Numbered from the whole stretch's first letter, positions 37,671 through 51,076 are shown. The stretch: 62,998 bases of DNA, filler included, from Octopus bimaculoides (GCF_001194135.2; 6 parts of 5 records of this genome joined end to end with filler, not necessarily neighbours in it), one strand, 5' to 3'. Made by a program: numbers and translations. The notes: generated by a model not told the origin, from the sequence alone.

Positions 37671-39284
37671 AGAGTACACACACACATATATATATGAGAT
37701 GAATGAACATTGACACACGTGACAAGTGCCGGGTACGGCGGGGTCCTAAGAAATATTTATAGAGAACCAAGTAACCAGAACTGAATGCTGGATGCTGCAT
37801 TTTTTGAAGTTTGTTTTATGTATTTTGCATCCGAAAACACTTGCTATGCATCTCTCACGCTCTAACGCGCATTCCATTNNNNNNNNNNNNNNNNNNNNNN
37901 NNNNNNNNNNNNNNNNNNNNNNNNNNNNNNNNNNNNNNNNNNNNNNNNNNNNNNNNNNNNNNNNNNNNNNNNNNNNNNNNNNNNNNNNNNNNNNNNNNNN
38001 NNNNNNNNNNNNNNNNNNNNNNNNNNNNNNNNNNNNNNNNNNNNNNNNNNNNNNNNNNNNNNNNNNNNNNNNNNNNNNNNNNNNNNNNNNNNNNNNNNNN
38101 NNNNNNNNNNNNNNNNNNNNNNNNNNNNNNNNNNNNNNNNNNNNNNNNNNNNNNNNGTATAAGGAGAGGTAGGAGAGTGGGGGAAGGAGAGCACTGGCGG
38201 TAGGTGCAGGAATGATGATGGTAATGATGATAATGATTATAATAGTTGTGGTCATGATGGTGGTGGTGTTGGCGGTGATGGTGGAGATGGTGGTGTTGGC
38301 GACGACGACGACGACGATGATGATGATGATGACGACGACGACGACGACGACGACGTCGACGATGATGATGACGATGATGATGACAACGATGGAAACTTTT
38401 TCCAAATGTATTCCTTTACATGTTTATTTGTATTGCTTTGGTTTACACATGAATAAATACATACATACATACATACACACGCACACACACACACATAGAC
38501 AAACATACACCCATATATATATATCTACACACACACATATATATATACATATATATCACACACACACATATATATATACATATATATGTGTGTATACACA
38601 CACATAATCAAAGAGTTTATTTTCCTTTGCTTATTTATTTCTTTTAATGATCTGTGAAATTATGATTGGTAAAAGCTGAGAAAGAGAGAGAAAGAGAGAG
38701 AGAGGGAGAGGGGGAAAGCAGAGAAAGAGAGAGAGGCAGGAGGCAGAGAGAGCGGCGACAGACAGGGATTAACAACAGGAGTGACCTTCACAGCACACAA
38801 CAACGCACACCGACACACAGACTGACAATGGTGGCAATGACGGGGGAAGAGGTGGCAGGGAACGGTAGGATGGAATAGCAGGAACAGAGGCTGGTACAAA
38901 CACAGGAAGACACTCTTGCACAAAAGCACATACACGCACACACGGAGAAAGACACACCCGCACACAGGCATACACACACACACGCACACACATATATATA
39001 TAAACATGTACGAAAAACTAACGAACACCATTAAAACAAATAGAAAAAAAATTGAAAAAGAAAACAACAACAACAACAACAATGATAATACTAGTAATAA
39101 TAAAAGAAGAAGCAAAAAACAAAAAAAAAGAGAAAGGAAAGTTTTAACAATAACAACAAGAACCTGTGACTTGAACAAATAGAGAACGCTCAACTGTGTA
39201 CAGCTGTGATAGCCATCGTCTCTGTACATACATTTGTATTTGTGTGTGTGCGTATGAGTGTGTATGTGCGTGTGTGCGTCTGTT

Positions 39285-39340
<56 letters not shown>

Positions 39341-39467
39341 CCCCTGCTCCATTTGGTCAGGAGACAAACAGGCGCCGACTGGAAGCACTAGATGTTGCTA
39401 GGTTTGCAATATGATAGCCACATGGAAGTACATTCTGTTATGTTGACTGTAGATTATAGAGAGAGAG

Positions 39468-39469
<2 letters not shown>

Positions 39470-39547
<78 letters not shown>

Positions 39548-39600
39548 GGATAGATAGACAGACAATAGACAGACAGATAGACAGAGACAGATAGATAAAT

Positions 39601-39655
<55 letters not shown>

Positions 39656-39665
39656 AAGATAGAAA
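39470..39665. repeat. (GATA)n/(GACA)n repeat
   Basis: Direct reading; explains the LSIY ORFs. Confidence 0.95.
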
Positions 39666-39940
39666 GATACTGTATTTGGAAAGAGATAAACGGAGACAAA
39701 GTCACCGAGAGAGAGAGAGAGAGAGAGAGAAAGAGTGGAAGAAAGAAAAAGAGAGAGAAAGAGCGGGGAAGGAAGAAAAAGAGAGATAGAGAGAAAGAGA
39801 GCAGAGGAAAACGGAACAAATATAATAAATAAATAATTTAAATAATTCGTAAAACGAAGAAACAAAATAGACTGTGTTCATTGAGAAACAAAGAGTTATA
39901 TATGTACGTTTGTATGTAGACAAACATACACCCATATCTA

Positions 39941-39983
<43 letters not shown>

Positions 39984-40031
39984 TATANNNNNNNNNNNNN
40001 NNNNNNNNNNNNNNNNNNNNNNNNNNNNNNN

Positions 40032-40043
40032 TTAATTAATTAA
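40032..40043. other. Artificial scaffold-join spacer TTAATTAATTAA
   Basis: N-flanked 12-mer. Confidence 0.9.
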
Positions 40044-40087
40044 NNNNNNNNNNNNNNNNNNNNNNNNNNNNNNNNNNNNNNNNNNNN

Positions 40088-40370
40088 ATATATATATAAA
40101 TGCATATATACTTAAATATATATATATATAAATGCATATATACTTAAATATATATATATATAAATGCATATATACTTAAATATATATATATATAAATGCA
40201 TATATACTTAAATATATATATATATATAAATGCATAAATACTTAAATATATATATATATAAATGCATATATACTTAAATATATACATAAATATAAATGCA
40301 TATATACTTAAATATATACATAAATATAAATGCTTATATACTTAAATATATAAATATAAATACATATATA
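40088..40370. repeat. AT-rich minisatellite, 32-34-bp unit AAATGCATATATACTTAA(AT)n, ~8.5 copies
   Basis: AAATGC recurs at 40098, 40130, 40162, 40194, 40228, 40260, 40294 and 40328. Confidence 0.9.
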
Positions 40371-41060
40371 TACATAAATATATGCATCCATATATATGTA
40401 TATATGTACATACATGCATATACATATATATCGTTGTATATATACATTCACACATATGCTTGTACATGAACATTACATATCTACATCACATGTATATATT
40501 TACGTGTAAAATGCATGTTCTGCTTTTGGGTGCGAACGATGAGTCAGTTGCATGTGTATAGACATATATATANNNNNNNNNNATATATATGTATATATAT
40601 ATATACATATATATATATATGTATATACATATACACCTATATATATCTGTAGGAAAATATAAGTTTCATTGATCGTAATGATGTATTTGACAATCATAGG
40701 CATGAGATAGATATATACAGAAAATGCTAAAGATGGCGGTGAGAGATAAAAATTTTCATTGGTGGATTTAGGGAGATGAAAGTTGGAGCTGGATTAGAGA
40801 CAGTTTGAAGGGAATCCCTTTTTATCTATGTTTTTAATTTCATTAAATAAGCAGGAATTTCACTTGCCAAAATGACACAGAATTAAAAATACAGAGTGAA
40901 GATAGATCTTTCTGTTAAGTTTTGTGTGTAGGAATGTAATATGATATATAATATGTGTGTGTTGTGTGTGTGTGCATGCATATTCACTCATACACACACA
41001 TAGTTATATGTGTATATATTTGTATATATATATATTTATTTTCATGCATATGTATGTGTG

Positions 41061-41097
<37 letters not shown>

Positions 41098-41626
41098 NNN
41101 NNNNNNNNNNNNNNNNNNNNNNNNNNNNNNNNNNNNNNNNNNNNNNNNNNNNNNNNNNNNNNNNNNNNNNNNNNNNNNNNNNNNNNNNNNNNNNNNNNNN
41201 NNNNNNNNNNNNNNNNNNNNNNNNNNNNNNNNNNNNNNNNNNNNNNNNNNNNNNNNNNNNNNNNNNNNNNNNNNNNNNNNNNNNNNNNNNNNNNNNNNNN
41301 NNNNNNNNNNNNNNNNNNNNNNNNNNNNNNNNNNNNNNNNNNNNNNNNNNNNNNNNNNNNNNNNNNNNNNNNNNNNNNNNNNNNNNNNNNNNNNNNNNNN
41401 NNNNNNNNNNNNNNNNNNNNNNNNNNNNNNNNNNNNNNNNNNNNNNNNNNNNNNNNNNNNNNNNNNNNNNNNNNNNNNNNNNNNNNNNNNNNNNNNNNNN
41501 NNNNNNNNNNNNNNNNNNNNNNNNNNNNNNNNNNNNNNNNNNNNNNNNNNNNNNNNNNNNNNNNNNNNNNNNNNNNNNNNNNNNNNNNNNNNNNNNNNNN
41601 NNNNNNNNNNNNNNNNNNNNNNNNNN

Positions 41627-41678
<52 letters not shown>

Positions 41679-42674
41679 CACACACACACAGATGCATGTG
41701 TATGTATATATGTCCGTGCATATATACATATGTGTCAATGTATATATATGTAACTATGTTTGTGTGTATGTATGTGTGTGTGTTTTGTTTTGTTGTATAG
41801 AGTTACAGAGACTATCAAGCACACAGAAAAAATATACATACATATAGACCCACGCTTAAGATAAAAAAAAAAATTGGCATATTAGTGCGACAGTTAAATG
41901 TCCCCAGTAGAGGGAGCCGTTACCCATCACACTGATTGATTTATGACTGATGGTTATCTCCCCTATTCTGTGTTTCTCCATCCCGCTATCTGTTTATATC
42001 TGTCTCTTTTTCTTTCTCTCTCCCTATCACTCTTTGTTCCTCCCAATCACTTTCTGTGATTTTATCACTCTGAGCATGTATATATATTTCTGTTAATATT
42101 TCTGCGCGCGCGTCTTTATCATGGTATACACGCACACACTCACACATAGACACATATACACACACATATATATATTATATATATATAGATATCCGCGCAC
42201 ACACGCAATCTCTCTCTTTCTTTCTCTCACACAAACACACAACACTCACAGACACATTCGCGCATAAATACCCCACACACAAACACATACGTACATACAT
42301 ACATACACTGGTTTAACCGGCAAGAGTGCGAAATATGTATCAAAGTATAATTGTTCTCTAAACTAAATTCATTTTCTGGCTCTTCAAATTACTCACTCGA
42401 GCGATTCCCAGTTTTCGCTCGAAGATCGAAGTGGCATCAATCTCGAGTAGCGAGACACAAAATTTAACCAACATACATTTATATCACTTCTAACAGTGTG
42501 GTTACTTTCTCCTTTTGATTATCTATGTATGTATGTATGTATGCATGCATACATGAGTATCTTTATGGGTCCTCTAATTACTTACTCTTGCGATTCCCAG
42601 TTCTTGCTCGAAGCCCCAGTGTGACCAAAGCCTTGTCAGTGGATTTGGTAGATGGAAATTGAAAGAGGCCCGCC

Positions 42675-42870
42675 GCGACCGTTGACTGAACACTATCCAT
42701 TTTTTTTTCTCCGTGTTTTTCTCCTTGTCTCCGTATTCTTTCTGTTGAAGAGCGTAGCTCGAAACGTCAAAGACTTTCCGTATTCCCGAGCGTCATACTA
42801 ATATATACTTTTGTTATTTACACCACCTGTCCTCGTCTGTTGTTATTATTTGTATATTCTCCTATATATA
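42675..42870 (+). mobile_element. Short (TA)n-flanked Penelope-terminus-like repeat with a decayed hammerhead core
   Basis: TTGAAGA-GCGTAGCTC-GAAACGTC...GAGCGTC at 42745-42794. Confidence 0.5.
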
Positions 42871-43098
42871 NNNNNNNNNNNNNNNNNNNNNNNNNNNNNN
42901 NNNNNNNNNNNNNNNNNNNNNNNNNNNNNNNNNNNNNNNNNNNNNNNNNNNNNNNNNNNNNNNNNNNNNNNNNNNNNNNNNNNATATATATAAAGTTGTA
43001 GTATATTGTCAACTTAATGTGACAATCCCAATAAGGGAACACACTACTGTCGTTTAGCCCTAGGAAGCTGGACCGCTTCCTGTCGGCCTTGACACAAT

Positions 43099-43137
<39 letters not shown>

Positions 43138-43181
43138 CATACACATACATACACATAATCTAAATAAGCAACAGGATATCA

Positions 43182-43249
43182 AGTAGTGATGCAGTACGTC
43201 CGTTTCAAGCGGGTCCATTTAATTGGAAGGGTCGTACTGCATCACTACT
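43182..43249. repeat. Perfect 17-bp inverted repeat with a 34-nt spacer
   Basis: AGTAGTGATGCAGTACG / CGTACTGCATCACTACT. Confidence 0.9.
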
Positions 43250-43489
43250 CTTAATATTCTGTCGCGAATTTTGATTTTATTCAACTTACTTCGAGCTTTG
43301 CGGATAATACCGAACTAACTTGATGGTTCAACTTAAGCACCTAATTCAAGTGAATCCCAATTATATATATATATATTAATAAATCTGAGGGTAGCAAAAT
43401 GAATTTTAGAAATTTTATTTGCTACCAGTAGTCTAGCGAGAAGGAAAAATTATTCAATAGACTATATATTATTCATTTAAATACGGTGT

Positions 43490-43712
43490 ATATTTAAATA
43501 CATCAGAGATGTCCATAATAGGACATCTAACCTGCTAGAAGGAGCAGTCAAAACTCCTCACCACAATTAGGGATAACTTCGAAGGGGAATGAAAAATAAA
43601 AACATTTACCATCTATATAGATGGTAAATGTTCTTATTTTTCATTCCCTTTCGAAACTATCCCTAACGGGTTAGATGTCCTATTATGGACATCTCTGATG
43701 TGTTTGAATGTA
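43490..43712. mobile_element. Near-perfect palindromic (MITE-like) element
   Basis: Loopless centre CCATCTATATAGATGG at 43609-43624; outer arms ACATCAGAGATGTCCATAATAGGACATCTAACC and its reverse complement; ~33 extra nt in the left arm. Confidence 0.8.
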
Positions 43713-43723
43713 CAGCAATAAAG

Positions 43724-43756
<33 letters not shown>

Positions 43757-43800
43757 NNNNNNNNNNNNNNNNNNNNNNNNNNNNNNNNNNNNNNNNNNNN

Positions 43801-43812
43801 TTAATTAATTAA
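43801..43812. other. Artificial scaffold-join spacer TTAATTAATTAA
   Basis: N-flanked 12-mer. Confidence 0.9.
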
Positions 43813-43856
43813 NNNNNNNNNNNNNNNNNNNNNNNNNNNNNNNNNNNNNNNNNNNN

Positions 43857-44165
43857 GGTTTCCTGAAGTTGGTATTGCAGACCATAAGATCGGTTGCATC
43901 ACAGAACTCCAGCAGTCTGGTTCCCTCCTCGTTGCGGGAACCGAAGCCATAGCCTCCATGTATGCCATGGAAGCCTCCAGCACGACGTCCGACATGACCG
44001 TTGAAGTCTCCAGCCACAAAGAGAAGGTCCCTGTCACTCGTCGACGAGGTAGTTTGCAAGAGGGTGTCATAGAATTGGTCTTTCAGACCATCTGGTAGCC
44101 CCGGTTGAGGTGCATAGGCTGAGATGACAGTAGCTAATCTATGATGAAGCACTAGTCTGATTTTA
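43857..44165 (-). mobile_element. LINE (RTE-like) APE endonuclease fragment with an open frame
   Basis: VISAYAPQ...LFVAGDFNGHVG...GGYGFGSRNEEGTRLLEFC...NTNFRK; truncated by a gap. Confidence 0.9.
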
Positions 44166-45449
44166 AGTACTCTGTCACTTACTCTAACGACCTCGATTAC
44201 CTTATCCTGTCACTTACTCTAACGACCTCGATAAATAATATATATGTATATATATATATATAATATAAATAATATATATATATATATGTATATATACATA
44301 CGTATGTGTACATATATTGCATATTGGGATGACCTTTATTTGTCTTTTGCCAAATGAACACACACATTATATATTTTTTTCTGGATGGAATCTGGACATT
44401 CACTCCTTTTTTTATGAGGAAATTATGGATTAAGCTACAATTTGGTTGGTTGAAGGTGGTTACAAGTTCAAGTGTAGCATTTGATTAGTTCTCCATGATG
44501 TCTGCCTATTACTGTCAAATGAATAAGTGCTCTGATAGTTAAGGCCGTATTAATCCTGTGAAGGCATCATATTACTGTATTAACATCAACAATTACATGT
44601 TATAATCCATGTACTGAGTCACATGACAGGTTGTCAGAATAGCAAAGAAGTAGATTGGTTACTTATATATGTGTGTGTGTGTTGTTGTCCTCATGTTTCT
44701 GTGTGGGAATGTGAAAACAAGTGTAATGTCAACCACTCATTTATGAACTTTCTGCTCTCTCTCATTTACATGTCTCAGGTCACAGAGAGTTTCCTCTACA
44801 TTTATAGTGTCTGAAGCACTCCATTGAAAAGCCAGTCCCCCACATTTCCTCTGCATGCTGAAGGAGACAACTTCTCTGGTGCTAATTGCCATCAAAACTG
44901 AGCCCAGTCCATAGAGTAAATTTGTTGGTTTAGTGTAGCTGGAGTTAATTTTAATTATGTCTTGTAAAAGACTTGCATATATATATATATAGATATATAT
45001 ACATTTATCAATTTGTTTTTCAAGATTCCTGATGTGAAATCATGTATTGAAACATATATTGCTGTATTTTGGGATGGTCTTTTTTTTTTTTTTTTTTGCC
45101 AAATAAACACATACACTTTATATTTTTTCTTCACTCATTTATTACTGTTTTCATTTTATTATTTGAACTCTTGTCCATTGTCTGGGATTTTTTTCATCAC
45201 ATATCTGTGACCTCTTCAGCGACACTTTTCGTTTTCATGTGTTCTTGCCCCCCCCCCCTCCATCTTACACTTATGAAAAATCATGAAATTGAATAAGTTA
45301 ATGTAAGCTTTCTTAAAAACTTCAAATGCATTTCCAGCTTCATCTCTTATGACTTCTACTCATGTGAAAAAAATTTTATTTTCACACACCCACACACATA
45401 TATATCTGTGTGTGTGTGTGTGTATGTATGTATATGTTTATTATTACAG

Positions 45450-45518
45450 ACAAGATGATTCCACAAGGCCATCCATACTTCAAAGAAGATACAATCTTGC
45501 TTGGGAGAATCCATCTCT
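45450..45518 (+). CDS. Internal exon (69 nt, phase 2/2) of an unidentified gene: QDDSTRPSILQRRYNLAWENPS(L)
   Basis: tttattattacAG acceptor and GTAAGT donor; the frame stays open into the three downstream exons. Confidence 0.6.
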
Positions 45519-45597
45519 GTAAGTGGTTTTTGAAATTGTTTACACATTACAGTACTCTAATACTTACTACCCTCATGCTCTATGTCTTTTTTTTTAT

Positions 45598-45646
45598 ACA
45601 AGCTTTGTGAGTGGATTTTGTAGATGGAAACTGAAAGAAGCCTGTC

Positions 45647-45680
<34 letters not shown>

Positions 45681-45769
45681 GTTTGTGTGTTTGTGTTTAA
45701 CCCACCCACCATTGCTTGACAACTAATGTTGGTGTGTTTACATCCCTGTAACTTAGTGGATTGGCAAAA

Positions 45770-45770
<1 letters not shown>
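45598..45770 (+). mobile_element. SINE family A, CpG-decayed copy
   Basis: GATGGAAACTGAAAGAAGCCTGTCAT versus GACGGAAACTGAAAGAAGCCCGTCGT in other copies. Confidence 0.85.
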
Positions 45771-45804
<34 letters not shown>

Positions 45805-46379
45805 GATTTATATACATTATATAGATTAACTTGCCTGAGACTGAACTCACACACTCCCTAGGTAAACAAGTGCACTTAACAGCAGTCATTTAAGCAACCA
45901 TCTGTTTGTTCTTCTATTATAGAACAATTAATTGACAAAAATTTGGAGCTTAGAATCTAATTTATATTTGGCCTTTGTCTGAAAGTTGTTTTGATCTGAT
46001 TGAGAGGTTCCCCCAGGTGGTGGTCATTTCAATGCTAGGCTAACTAAAGAGGTTATCAAAGAGTCAGCAAAAATGTTGGGCTTTGAAAACTTCCTCCATG
46101 ATAATGAGAACAATCTGTATCTGTAAGAAAGGTTTTAGTATGAAATTCTCTGAACATTACCAAATATGGCAGGCAGCACGAGAATGCTGGAGCATCCAAC
46201 TTCCACAACTTTGGGGCTCTAACAATCAAAACAAGGACAATCAGGTAAAAATGATTGCATTTTCCCTTTTGGCCCAGCTGGAACTCATCTCAGCTGCTTC
46301 TGCCATTGTCTTAAGAGTTCCGGTTCTCTTTCTCATAGAAATCGAGAGCTATTTCATGAGATCATGTGCAGATTTGCCC

Positions 46380-47190
46380 ACAAACCCTCTTGCACCCACC
46401 TCTATTGGTTCAACTTCACGAATCATACTCGTTCATAATACTGGAAATATATTCATCTCCAAAAGGTTCCGGATCGCTCCAGTAATTTGTTATTCTGGGT
46501 AACTGTCTAATACCCATAATAATATTTATGGCAAAAAATACCCGCATTTCATCTACAGTTTCAGGAAACCACAAGCTATCTTTTTTTTTCCAGTTTGTTT
46601 ACATTCTGTGTAACGGTTTCTTTCTGCAGTAATCAGTTGAAACAAGCATGAAAAAGAAGTCTAAAGGTTTTGCTTCCTGAGAAAGACTATGGGTAGACCC
46701 TGTTTCCTCAGAAAAATATTTTTAAAATCTTTTTCTGGTGTAAAATCATCCTCGCTGTCACCGTCGCCGCTTTCAGAATCGCTGATTTCGGTTTCGGATC
46801 CAGAAATATCCGATTCATTATCGTTCGCCACGTGCTTTTGTAGCTCATTCATTCTTTTCTTCGATATCTCCATATCTTCTGTTGAAAAACCTTCAAATTC
46901 GGAATCACTGCTTGATAGCATGAAACTCCTCTCCATCTTCAAAGTTGAAAAAAATTAACGCCGCAAAAAATGTGGAAAAAAATCTTCCAAAATTCACTGA
47001 GTTCAAATATCAGGCCAAACAATGTGGGAGAGAATAACTCAACTGTTTGCAAAGTGAAATCAGGTGTTTTAACGAATGTACCTACGAGATTTGGTTTCAA
47101 ATATACATTTAAATAACAATGGGTACTCTCGGCCGGGTTGGTCTTATGAACCAAAAATTTTTTCGGCCGGGTTAGTAACGAAAGGGCTAA
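46380..47190 (-). mobile_element. piggyBac transposon 5' remnant (PGBD4-like transposase N-terminus)
   Basis: Acidic N-terminus SSSDSEFEGF, then KPLDFFF...WFPETVDEMRVFFAINIIMGIRQLPRITNYWS. The end motif TTAG-CCCTTTCGTTAC (rc of 47175-47190) resembles TTAA+CCC termini. Frameshifts and stops are present. Confidence 0.85.
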
Positions 47191-47448
47191 AGCAGAGATT
47201 TGGGTTTGGAAGCCAGATTCTCTTAATATGATGGTTAAACTGCCCTAATAATGTAGTTAGAAAGGTTACATATTCAAATTAAAGGATTAAGAGGAACAGA
47301 GTGTAGAACTAATTTAATCAAATCCCATCAGACAGAAACAAATCCACATTCATACAAAATTGCAGTTCACTCATCTTTAATAAGGTTTTCTTTATTTCAC
47401 CCACCTTTAATGATTTATTTTTGTTGCTGTTTCTTTTTTTCGCTTCAG

Positions 47449-47478
47449 TGATAAATACAAGTTTGATGAAATCAATGT
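47449..47478 (+). CDS. Microexon (30 nt, phase 2/2): DKYKFDEIN(V)
   Basis: Strong tract gtttcttttttcgcttcAG and GTAAGT donor; in frame with the neighbouring exons. Confidence 0.65.
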
Positions 47479-48399
47479 GTAAGTAAGCAAAATCCAATTT
47501 ATTATTGTTGTTGTTACTCTCTCTGTTCATCCATACTCATATTAATATTATTGCTGATGTTGCTATTGCATTCGGTTCATAGAGTTTCTCTATGCATCTT
47601 AACACTTTCATTCTATAAACTAGTCCTCCTTCTCCATTAGTACCACTCTATAACCCTACCTTCCTCTCTATATAGCAAACCAAGACAAATTTTGTTTTCA
47701 TGATGAATCGGTTTCATTTCACTGAGCCGACAAATTACTTTGGGAAATGAATCACTCATACATAATCCCATTTCTGTTTCCCTATTCCCATAAATGGGAT
47801 GTCATCTAGATATGTAAGAAATTAAAATTAAACACTTCACATCCCTAAATGATCTTAAGAAAGGCATCATCAACACAGAATCTTATGAAACCTCATGGAG
47901 CTTCTACAGGGTTATTCAATCTACTAGAAATAAGAGGCAAATAAATGTCCTTCAAATCGTACTATTTTGTATGACTTTAAACTGTATCTGGTTTTGGGAG
48001 TTGCAGGCTTTTGTGGTGTGTGGAACCACTTCTTGGCCATTATTGTTCCTAGGTTTATTTTGACCCAGAACAACAGCACCTTTCAGGGTTCTAACTATAG
48101 GTTAATTAGCATGTTATGGAAGATACTCACTGCTTTGAGAAAGGAATAGGCTTGGGAATCAAGGAGTGGAGTTCTTCAGATGGTCTGCTACCCTTTTTCA
48201 GAAATTCCAGGGTGGATGGAGCTCTTTTGCCCTCTAAGGCAATTTAGCAGCATCCTGAATGACCAAGCAGCTCATTTTAGGGTTAGCACCGTTTGTTCTC
48301 TACAAAAGGTGGCCTAAAAGAACCTTGCATCAACCCCCACCTGGTTGGCTGCAGAAAAAGAAAGTAAAATGAAAGAAAAACAAAACACAATAAATAAAA

Positions 48400-50580
48400 G
48401 CTGTCTAGAGTTGGTTTTATGATAAAGAATGCCACTGTTCCCTAGCTTCAGGGCCTGCCCTTTGGTCACTCTGATCACATCATGTCTGTTTGGCTTGTAC
48501 AAGATAGCAAGTATGCAACCATCATTAGCATCTATGTTGCAACCCTTTTCGCACGGAGTCAGTTACAAAGGAATCATTCTATAGTGAACTGGATTGCCTT
48601 CTCCAAAAGACCAACGATAAGGATAATTCAAAGGTGGGCAGGAACCACACCACATGGCCAGGAATACTCACTCAACATAGCATTGGCATTTGCAATGACA
48701 ATGGACAAATGTTGCTTGAATTCTGTGCAGAATCTGGTCTCGTAATCACCAATAATCTGTTTCAGCAGAAAGCACAGTTCAAGATAACCTGGAGATATTC
48801 CTGGTTGAAACACTGCCACCTGCTGGACTACATCCTGGTGCAGCAGATGGATGTGGAGGATGTGCTCCATACCAGAATCATGCCTGGTGCAGACTGCTAT
48901 GCAGATCACCAAACCTGAGAGGAGTTTCAGTCAAGTTGAAACAGTAAGCATATGAACATGAAACTAGCTGAAACAGAAGCAAAGATCTGAAGACTACGAT
49001 ACAGGAAAAAGCTTTTGAGGAAGTGAACTTGTCATCAGGAAAGAACAAGGACTGCATTGATGAAAATGATGAAGAGGTCCAACAACTTTTCCACCAGAAG
49101 CATATTAGTCACCAAGGAGTGCTTGCCAACCGCAGTCAGCCCCCAATTTTTTTTTTACAGGTCTACCAGCAGCATCCTTCAGCAGTAACTGCAGGAGATC
49201 CAGAACAACCTGCTGATAGAACACAATGTTAGAAGCCATTAGATCCTTCTATGAAGCACTGCACAATATATGGCCTTTTTTGCCAAACTCGAGCCCCTTT
49301 TCACTCTGCTGACAAGAGAATGATGATCTACAAATCTGCTTCGAGACAAGCCCTCAGTTGCCAGCTGGACCATCGAGCCTCCATTTGCAGAAATCAAGGC
49401 AGTGATTGCTGTGCTGAGAACCCACAAGGCTCTTGGTGTGGATGGTCTTTTGGTAGAAGTCTACAAGCACGGACCTTTTGAAGAGCTCATTGGTTCCTTA
49501 CATTGTGCTGAGGAAGTGGAGAAACGGCCAGCAACCTGTGCAGTGTCTGTGTCCAATAACAAAGAAGGAGAGTCAGGGTGCCACAAGTACAGAGGCGTGA
49601 TGTGGCTTTGAATTGCAGGCAAAGGTACTGGTGGGTGGGCGGGTGTTCTTCTAGAAACACTCATTCCTACCAGTGCTGATGCAGTCCTTTCCGAGGACTG
49701 TCAGTGTGGTTTTCATGTCAACTGAGACACTATAGGCATGATCTTTGTCCTCTTGGAGAAATGCAGAGAGCAAAATGGGACCCATTGCACTGGTTTTATT
49801 GGCCTGACAAAGGTGTTTGATATAGTCCATAAGGGTGGGCTGTGGAGAGTTCTGGAGTGACTGGGTTGTCCACCAGCAGCTACACAAGGGCTTGCAGGAA
49901 TAGATCAAGTAGAGTGACCTGTTGGAGCTCTTCCCCATTGAGAATGGATTGTGTTCTAGTCCCAATTTTCTTCAGCATGATGTCGAGAGAGACCAAGGAA
50001 AACTTGCATGACAGCATCTACATCTGTTTTTGAACTGTCGGAAACATATTCAAACATCATCAATTTCTTGTTTGCACAAAGACTCTGGAGGGAGTCATCC
50101 ATAACCTGCTGTTTGCAGATGATTGTGCCTGGCTTTTCTAAGGCAGCCAGGGTCTTTGGCTTCACTATCAGTCTGAAGAAAACTAAAGTACTGCACCAGA
50201 AACCACCACATACCACATACCAACCACTGCAAATCAGCATCCTCCATTAAGTCGTGAAACACTTCACCTCTCTGGTGAAGTGTCATTTCTAATGACACAA
50301 CCTGCAAAAAGGACATTGCCAAAACTAACACCTCCTTTGGATGTCTGCAGAAGCATCTGTGGCAGAACTGTGCACTGTACTCGTCCACCCGGATCAGTGT
50401 CTACAAGGCAGTTAGTTGTCATCATGGCTCTTGTCTGTCACTCAGAAACTTGGAGATGCTGTACAGAAAGCAGGTTGAGCTGTGGGAAATTCTTCTACCA
50501 GAGATGCCTTTGAGCCATCATTAATATCTCATGGAAAGAACACATCACCAACAATGTAATCCACAAGCTGTGCGCAACAG
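48400..50580 (+). mobile_element. RTE/BovB-like LINE, decayed EN+RT
   Basis: GICNDNGQMLLEFCAESGLVITNNLF...HLLDYILV; KALGVDGLLVEVYKHG; CVLVPIFFS; NLLFADDCA; FGFTISLKKTKVL. Many stops and frameshifts. Confidence 0.9.
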
Positions 50581-51076
50581 TGAAGCCATGTGTATATATG
50601 TCCATATAAACATATATCATTTAATGTAGACTATTTAAATAAGACCTATTCATTGAGACATGAGGTTAAGTAGATTTCTCTGACGTGGCTTGCGTCACTG
50701 ATCCTACCTTAACGGAACAGTAAACTTTATACAAAATGAATTTATTGCCAATTAACTCAGGAGCAAAAAGCCAATTATTTATATGTGAGGGCATGAAAAC
50801 GTTAATTTAAGGTCATCTTGAAAAGAATATAAAACTATGATTGAATGTTAGAGAAGGAGGGGACCTTTCTGATGCTCCAGTAGAAGAAGCCATCATTAGA
50901 ATGGCAATATTAATTGGATTGTGCTCAATGGTTGATACTGCAAAATCTTTAAAGCTTAACCTCTGTATTTAGTCCATTGTTTCTCCCTACAAATCTAACA
51001 AACCACCGGAAAAGTAAGAGAGACTTTTGTGTGTGTTTGTATAAATAAATAATCTCTCCTGCTTCTTTTAATCCAG

